DNA of 62,330 nt, the filler included. It is 10 parts of 10 records of this genome, joined end to end, with 100 filler letters (N's around TTAATTAATTAA, not from the genome) between each part and the next. Parts side by side here need not be neighbours in the genome. Positions count along the whole stretch, not along the records: positions 55,101 to 62,330 come from SRR15195285_78; 9 more parts are not named here. One strand, 5' to 3'. Below are positions 59,253 to 62,330 of the stretch, in pieces (the first letter of the stretch is position 1; each line of letters begins with the position of its first letter). A program made the translations under genes and the position numbers. A model generated the notes under the pieces. That model saw only the letters and a list, made by a program, of their open reading frames with translations, searched no databases and was not told where the DNA came from.

Positions 59253-59413
59253 CGCGATCTCCAGCGTATAATAGCATTAGTAAGGTACACCGGGCAGCGC
59301 CTGTCTCTTTCCGCGCTGGGCCGCGAAGCTCCCCTGTACCGTGGCAGAGCGAGCAGAAGGCGCTGCTCGGTAGTCGCCACCCTAGCGACACACTAGGAAG
59401 AGCCGGATCGACC

Positions 59414-61771
59414 ATGAACCCCGATCCGACCGAGCACACCGGGGGCGGGGAGGAGCTCTCCATGGGCGTCGACGCCTCCAATGAGTTGCGCGCAAAGCTC
59501 GGCCTCAAGCCGCTGCGCGAGGGCAAGAGTCAGAAGGATCAAGAGATACAGACCCGGCAGAAGGAGGCAGAAGACGAGCGCCAGCGGGATGAGCGGGAGG
59601 TGGAGGTCGAGACGCGGCTTGAGAAGATGCGCAACAAGCGACTGCTGCACACAGAGCTGCAAGGGCCGTCGGTGGCGGAGAAGCTTAAGAAGGGCGGCGA
59701 GAAGGCGGCGACAGCCGGCTTCGCTGACTGGGTAAGCCACAGCCGGGGCTTGGACAAGGAGCGTGAGCTGGCCCAAAAGCGCGAGGCGGAGCTGGAGGCG
59801 CAGGACAAAGAGGCTGAGTACACGGGTGCCGACCTTGCCGGCATGACGGTAGCCCACGACATCGGCGATCTTCGTGACGGCGAAAGCGTCATCATGACGC
59901 TGAAGGATTCATCCATCCTGCATGAGGAAAACGGAGATGTGTCCATGAACGATCAGGACGATGCCATGGAGAATGTCAACATGGCAGAGGCCGACCGCAC
60001 TAAACAACGACTCGACACGAAGAAGAAGAAGGCCTTCGCCCGGTACCAGGATGCACTGGCTGGGGAGGAGTCGGGCGCGATGGACGGCGGCGCGGTGCTT
60101 CCACACTATGATGACATCGACCCCGTCACTGGCGAGGCGAAGAAGGCCGCTGCGTCCACAAGCAGCTTCACACTGGGCGAGCAAGGGGCGGAGCAGGACG
60201 CAAAACGAGCGAAACTCGAGGCGATTAAGGCCAAACTCGCGAAAGGCACCGGCGGGGTGCGCACGGGGTCCGCTGCACAGAGCGTGGACGTTACCATGCA
60301 GAAGACTACGGCCACAGACTTCTACAGTGCTACTGAGATGACACAGTTTGCCAAACCAAAGGAAAAGAAAAAGCGCAGGAAGGTGCGGAAAAAGAAGAAG
60401 AGCAGCTTGGCTGACGAGCTGGAGCCGCTGGAGGATCAGGGCGCCGAGGACCGGGGTTCGCGCAAAGACGCTGCGAAGGCGCGCCGGGACGCGGAGCAAG
60501 ATGCAAAGGCCGCAGCGTCCAAGGCTAGGGGCTGGGAGAATGCGGCGGCCAAGGCAGAGCAGATGGCACGCCATATGAATGATGACAATGAGCGTGACGA
60601 TGATGTCGCAGCCATGGTGGTAGACGAAGAAGAGGACGCCGAGATGCAAAAGGCACTGGAAAGGGCTCGTCGCCTCAAATCTCAGACTGAGTCAGCCCAG
60701 GAGCGACTTGCATCTGTGAAGGCGCAAGTGGAGGCCACCAAGGCAACCGACTCGTCAACATTGTTGGCAGGTGGGGATGATGGCGGCGAGGACCTTGAGT
60801 TTACAGTCACAGGCGAATTCTGCAAGTCCATTTCGACCGACCACTTGCGAAAGAAACGCAAAGCTGAAGACGACCTGGAGCAGGAAGACGACAGCGACGA
60901 AGATAGCGACGCAGACGATGAAGAGCAAAAGGTTGCTGCATCAGGCGAGTCGGGGACACGGGCGACTGGAGGATGGACCACCGATAAAGCTGAGAAGAAA
61001 ACGCAGGCTGATGAAGATGGGGACGGCGATACCCACGAGGAACTTTACGGAGCACTCGAGGCAGAGCCTATGGCAGCAAAAGGGATGGCTGCTGCGCTGG
61101 CATTGGCGAGGTCGAAAGGCATGCTACGGCAGGCAGAAGAAGGGAGGATGTTTGGTCGCTCGAACGACATGAAGGGCCAAAGAACACAAGAGGCAGACGA
61201 GAAGAAAGCCCAGGAAAAGTCACGACAGGATGCGGAAAAGCAGGCATCGAAGACAGGCCGAGGGCGCGATGATGACAGGGGAAGGCGTTATGATCGAGAC
61301 TCGGACCGACGGGGTAGGGACACGCGTGATGCTGGCCATGGCCGCCCAGCGGCAATGGGTCCGCCAGTTGCTCGGCCACGGCAGGGCAACCTAGACGATG
61401 TGGCACGGATCGATGAGTTGATGAAGGCTAAGGCAGCAACACGGGAGATCATGTACGCAGATGAGAACGGACGGAAGCTATCGACGAAGCAAGCATTCCG
61501 ACAGCTGGCACATCAATTTCACGGCATTACGCCAGGCAAGAAAAAGATCGAGAAGCAAATGCGAATGGAGGCTGAAGAGCAGAAGATGCATGAGATGTCA
61601 GTAGTTGACACTCCGCTGAACTCGTCCACAGCGTTGCACAAAGAGCAGGAACGCTCCGGCAAAGCCTTTATTAATCTCGATGCGAAAAAGGTGTCGGAGA
61701 AAGAGATGAAGAGGCTGAAAAAGCGCGCAGCGCGCGCAGCAGAGAAAGCAGCCAAAGCGAACGCGCAATGA
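59414..61771 (+). CDS. SART1: U4/U6.U5 tri-snRNP-associated protein SART1/Snu66, 785 aa
   Basis: HIND-like EELSMGVDASNELRAKLGLKPL; LAGMTVAHD..IMTLKDSSIL; YADENGRKLSTKQAFRQLAHQFHGITPGKKKIEK. Confidence 0.92.
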   Translation: MNPDPTEHTGGGEELSMGVDASNELRAKLGLKPLREGKSQKDQEIQTRQKEAEDERQRDEREVEVETRLEKMRNKRLLHTELQGPSVAEKLKKGGEKAATAGFADWVSHSRGLDKERELAQKREAELEAQDKEAEYTGADLAGMTVAHDIGDLRDGESVIMTLKDSSILHEENGDVSMNDQDDAMENVNMAEADRTKQRLDTKKKKAFARYQDALAGEESGAMDGGAVLPHYDDIDPVTGEAKKAAASTSSFTLGEQGAEQDAKRAKLEAIKAKLAKGTGGVRTGSAAQSVDVTMQKTTATDFYSATEMTQFAKPKEKKKRRKVRKKKKSSLADELEPLEDQGAEDRGSRKDAAKARRDAEQDAKAAASKARGWENAAAKAEQMARHMNDDNERDDDVAAMVVDEEEDAEMQKALERARRLKSQTESAQERLASVKAQVEATKATDSSTLLAGGDDGGEDLEFTVTGEFCKSISTDHLRKKRKAEDDLEQEDDSDEDSDADDEEQKVAASGESGTRATGGWTTDKAEKKTQADEDGDGDTHEELYGALEAEPMAAKGMAAALALARSKGMLRQAEEGRMFGRSNDMKGQRTQEADEKKAQEKSRQDAEKQASKTGRGRDDDRGRRYDRDSDRRGRDTRDAGHGRPAAMGPPVARPRQGNLDDVARIDELMKAKAATREIMYADENGRKLSTKQAFRQLAHQFHGITPGKKKIEKQMRMEAEEQKMHEMSVVDTPLNSSTALHKEQERSGKAFINLDAKKVSEKEMKRLKKRAARAAEKAAKANAQ

Positions 61772-61837
61772 AGCTTGTATTGGTGACCTGCCCACGTGAC
61801 CGACACCATGGTGCTTGCCAGCAAGTCGATCGCATCT

Positions 61838-62330
61838 CTAGCCCATTGTGGCCAGCCCGGGTAGAGCCAACAATACCGCTGGGTCCACGCCCTTGTACTT
61901 CGTGGATTGCGAGTGGAGTACAGCTCCGGATCCACCTCGCGTCAACCGTTTGAAGTCCTTCGACCGTAGTCTCAGCAACTGCGTTCGTTCCGTTTCTTCA
62001 GCGCTGCTTTCGGAGGCGCTGCCAGCTACGACGGAAGCGTTTCGCTTCCCACCGGTGAGCAACGCCAGCTCACCGAAGAAGTCGCCCTGTTTGTATGTCA
62101 TGACCTTTCCAACGCCGTGAACGAAGGCCTCGCAGGTACCGTGGAGAACGATGTACCTGCATTTTCCAGATGCAACCATAACCATGACAGGCAGACAGAA
62201 ATCCCAGCACAGCAGCGGATGCAAAGCGACCAGAGAACCTTGCTAGGGGTCAAATGCCTGGTGTGGAAGTGATATCGCAAAGGGTTACCCACATGGCATC
62301 AGCAGATTCGCCTTGCACAATAATACGCTC
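61838..62330 (-). CDS. 5'-partial cyclic-nucleotide-binding domain protein
   Basis: Splicing intron 62292-62157 gives ERIIVQGESADAMYIVLHGTCEA..GDFFGELALLTGGKRNASVVA. Confidence 0.8.

Overview
This is not a prokaryotic locus. It is ten unrelated contigs of a compact, GC-rich, intron-containing eukaryotic (protist) genome, joined by nine artificial 100-nt spacers (44 N + TTAATTAATTAA + 44 N). Gene adjacency across spacers therefore has no biological meaning. Introns are short GT-AG (about 70-220 nt) with donors mostly GTGCG/GTACG/GTGAG, and the genetic code is standard. The domain repertoire is reminiscent of marine heterotrophic picoeukaryotes such as Picozoa, but that is an untested inference. 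The standout feature is missing from the supplied ORF track because it runs off the window edge: a minus-strand frame open from 8750 to 2. With a signal-peptide exon it encodes a secreted protein of >2,960 aa, built from bacterial-type Ig-like repeats into which other domains (CCXG-like, LamG, PAN/apple-like, Cys-rich) are inserted, in one case two levels deep. Other genes: a tandem two-domain GH113-like hydrolase; an HTH-LRR-PDZ protein; a MIT/pseudo-nucleoredoxin/senescence (spartin-like) protein; an IQ-cNMP-EF-hand protein; a GPH-type MFS transporter; a GDA1/CD39 apyrase preceded by a small membrane ORF only 10 nt away; an intron-containing MlrC (M81) peptidase; ABCF; a SWIM-FHA protein; TruA; an LCAT/PDAT with an inserted C2 domain; a PTEN-like phosphatase fused to a TULIP-like domain; ArgD; and SART1/Snu66. 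All gene models were spliced by eye and domain calls rest on remembered motifs; no searches were run.
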